From contig MU054323.1 in NCBI GenBank assembly GCA_013239625.1, forward strand, positions 10,385,186 to 10,449,185: DNA of 64,000 bases. The letters are read 5' to 3'. A program made the translations under genes and the position numbers. Positions 62,640-64,000 of this stretch are shown here, piece after piece (positions within the stretch are counted from its first letter, which is position 1; every line of letters begins with the position of its first letter). The notes beneath the pieces are model-generated. The model did no database searches and had not been told where the DNA came from. It saw only the letters and a list, made by a program, of their open reading frames with translations. The stretch comes from Lama guanicoe. Its lineage: Eukaryota.

Positions 62640-63830
62640 CTCCCCTGCCTTCAGGGTTCACCTGACCTGGTTCTCCCTAACTCTGCATCCTCAGCCCCCA
62701 CTGCTTCACCCCTTACTCACTTCACTCTAGCCACATCTGGCTTGTTTCCTTCTCTCAACCAGGCCTTGCTTGTTCTGGTTTCCAGGCTCTTGCTCTCACT
62801 GTGTGCTCTGCCTAGAGTGCTTTTCTCTCAGATCTCATTCAGCTAAGGTTTTTGTCATTCAGGTCTAAACTCAAATGTCACCTCCTTAGAAAGGACGTCT
62901 CTGATGTGCCATCTAAAATAGACTTCTCTTCCTGTCACTCTACCTTCTTACATTTTCTTTACAAGCCTTTCACTATCTAAAATGATCTAATTTATTTCAT
63001 TAGTTTATTTCATTATCTAACTCCTCCTAATAAAAGATGAACTTCTTGAGTAAGGAAGCACTCAAAAAAAAAACCAAAACAATTTGCAATAAAACCAGTG
63101 GGTGAAAGCATGATGAGAAAGAGGATATTGCATAGTCTCAAAATATCTCCCAACAAGATACTAATTAATCACAGAGGAGAAAACTATCAGACAGCACCCT
63201 CACCAAGTGTTGACTTCTCCAAGTGTAACTTGGGATTTATAACATCAATAACAAAACATTTTGACACCATGTACCTCTTTAATAGGATGTACTGAGGATA
63301 CATCACTTCTGTAATATCCTCCCAATAATGTAGAACCTCAATCTAAGCATGAGACATTAGAAAACCTCAAACTGAGTGACACTCCACAGAATACCTGACC
63401 AGTTCTATTCAAAAGTATCAAGGTCGTGACAGACAAAGACTGAAAGATTGTCACAGGCTGGAGAAAAATAAGGAAACATGCTAACTAAACATGATACAGG
63501 AAGCTATGTTAGTCCTGGACAGAAAATCCAGTAGGAAAACTGGAAAAAAATCTTAATAATATCTGCAGGATTGCTAATAGAAATGCATCAATGTTAATTT
63601 CCTGGTTTTAATATTTATACTATAGTTATATAAGATATTGGCAAAAGGGGAAGTTAGATGAAGGGTATATAGGAATTCTGTACTATTTTTACAACTTTTA
63701 TGTAAGTCTAAAATTATTTTAGAATAAAATATTTTTCTAAAAAAATATAAGTTTTTTGAGAGCAGGGGCTTATCTGTCCTGTTCTAAAACAGTATCTTAT
63801 ACAAAGCAGATATTAGCTAATTATAAGGAA
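62640..63830 (+). mobile_element. L2 3' region split by an L1 insertion
   Basis: ctctagccacatctggc...tcattcaggtctaaactcaaatgtcacctcctta...; resumes at about 63742 as ttgagagcaggggcttatctgtcctgttc. Confidence 0.8.
63051..63741 (+). mobile_element. L1MC-type 3' UTR insertion
   Basis: gggtgaaagcatgatgagaaagaggatattgcatagtctcaaaatatctccc...aatgttaatttcctggtttt...gggtatataggaattctgtactatttttacaacttttatgtaagtctaaaattattt. Confidence 0.88.
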
Positions 63831-64000
63831 GATAAAAGGATGGAATAGAGGAAGGGAGGAAATGCTTAAGGGGAAGAGGGAGAGAAAGGAGGAAGAAGAG
63901 ATGGAGGAAGTGCGGGAAGAAGGGAGTGTGTGGCTTTGGGAAGACTTGAGGTGTCCCTTGAAGAAATCATGAAGCATAACAGCCCTGTTAAGGTTCTCAA

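Overview
Mammalian genomic DNA, most likely a camelid (alpaca, llama or camel), judged from one tRNA-Ala(AGC)-derived SINE and a short lineage-specific L1 3' end; no Alu, B1/B2, Bov-tA, PRE-1 or Can-SINE was recognised. The whole window lies inside the ALK (anaplastic lymphoma kinase) gene on the minus strand. The only supportable coding sequence is one 128-nt exon at 5888-6015, which encodes [42 protein letters not shown], the end of the first MAM domain (human exon 5). It is flanked by part of intron 5 (1-5887) and about 58 kb of intron 4 (6016-64000). The introns are a fossil bed of old repeats: MIR/MIR3, L2, L3/CR1, L1M fragments, a 5.5-kb dead L1, MaLR and ERV1 solo LTRs, and hAT MITEs. 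Between them lie several apparently unique, motif-dense stretches that are candidate enhancers or CTCF sites. I found no evidence for a new multi-gene system. The remaining ORFs in the track look like chance or repeat-derived frames. Repeat subfamily names and boundaries come from visual comparison with remembered consensus sequences and are approximate. All regulatory calls are motif-level inference.
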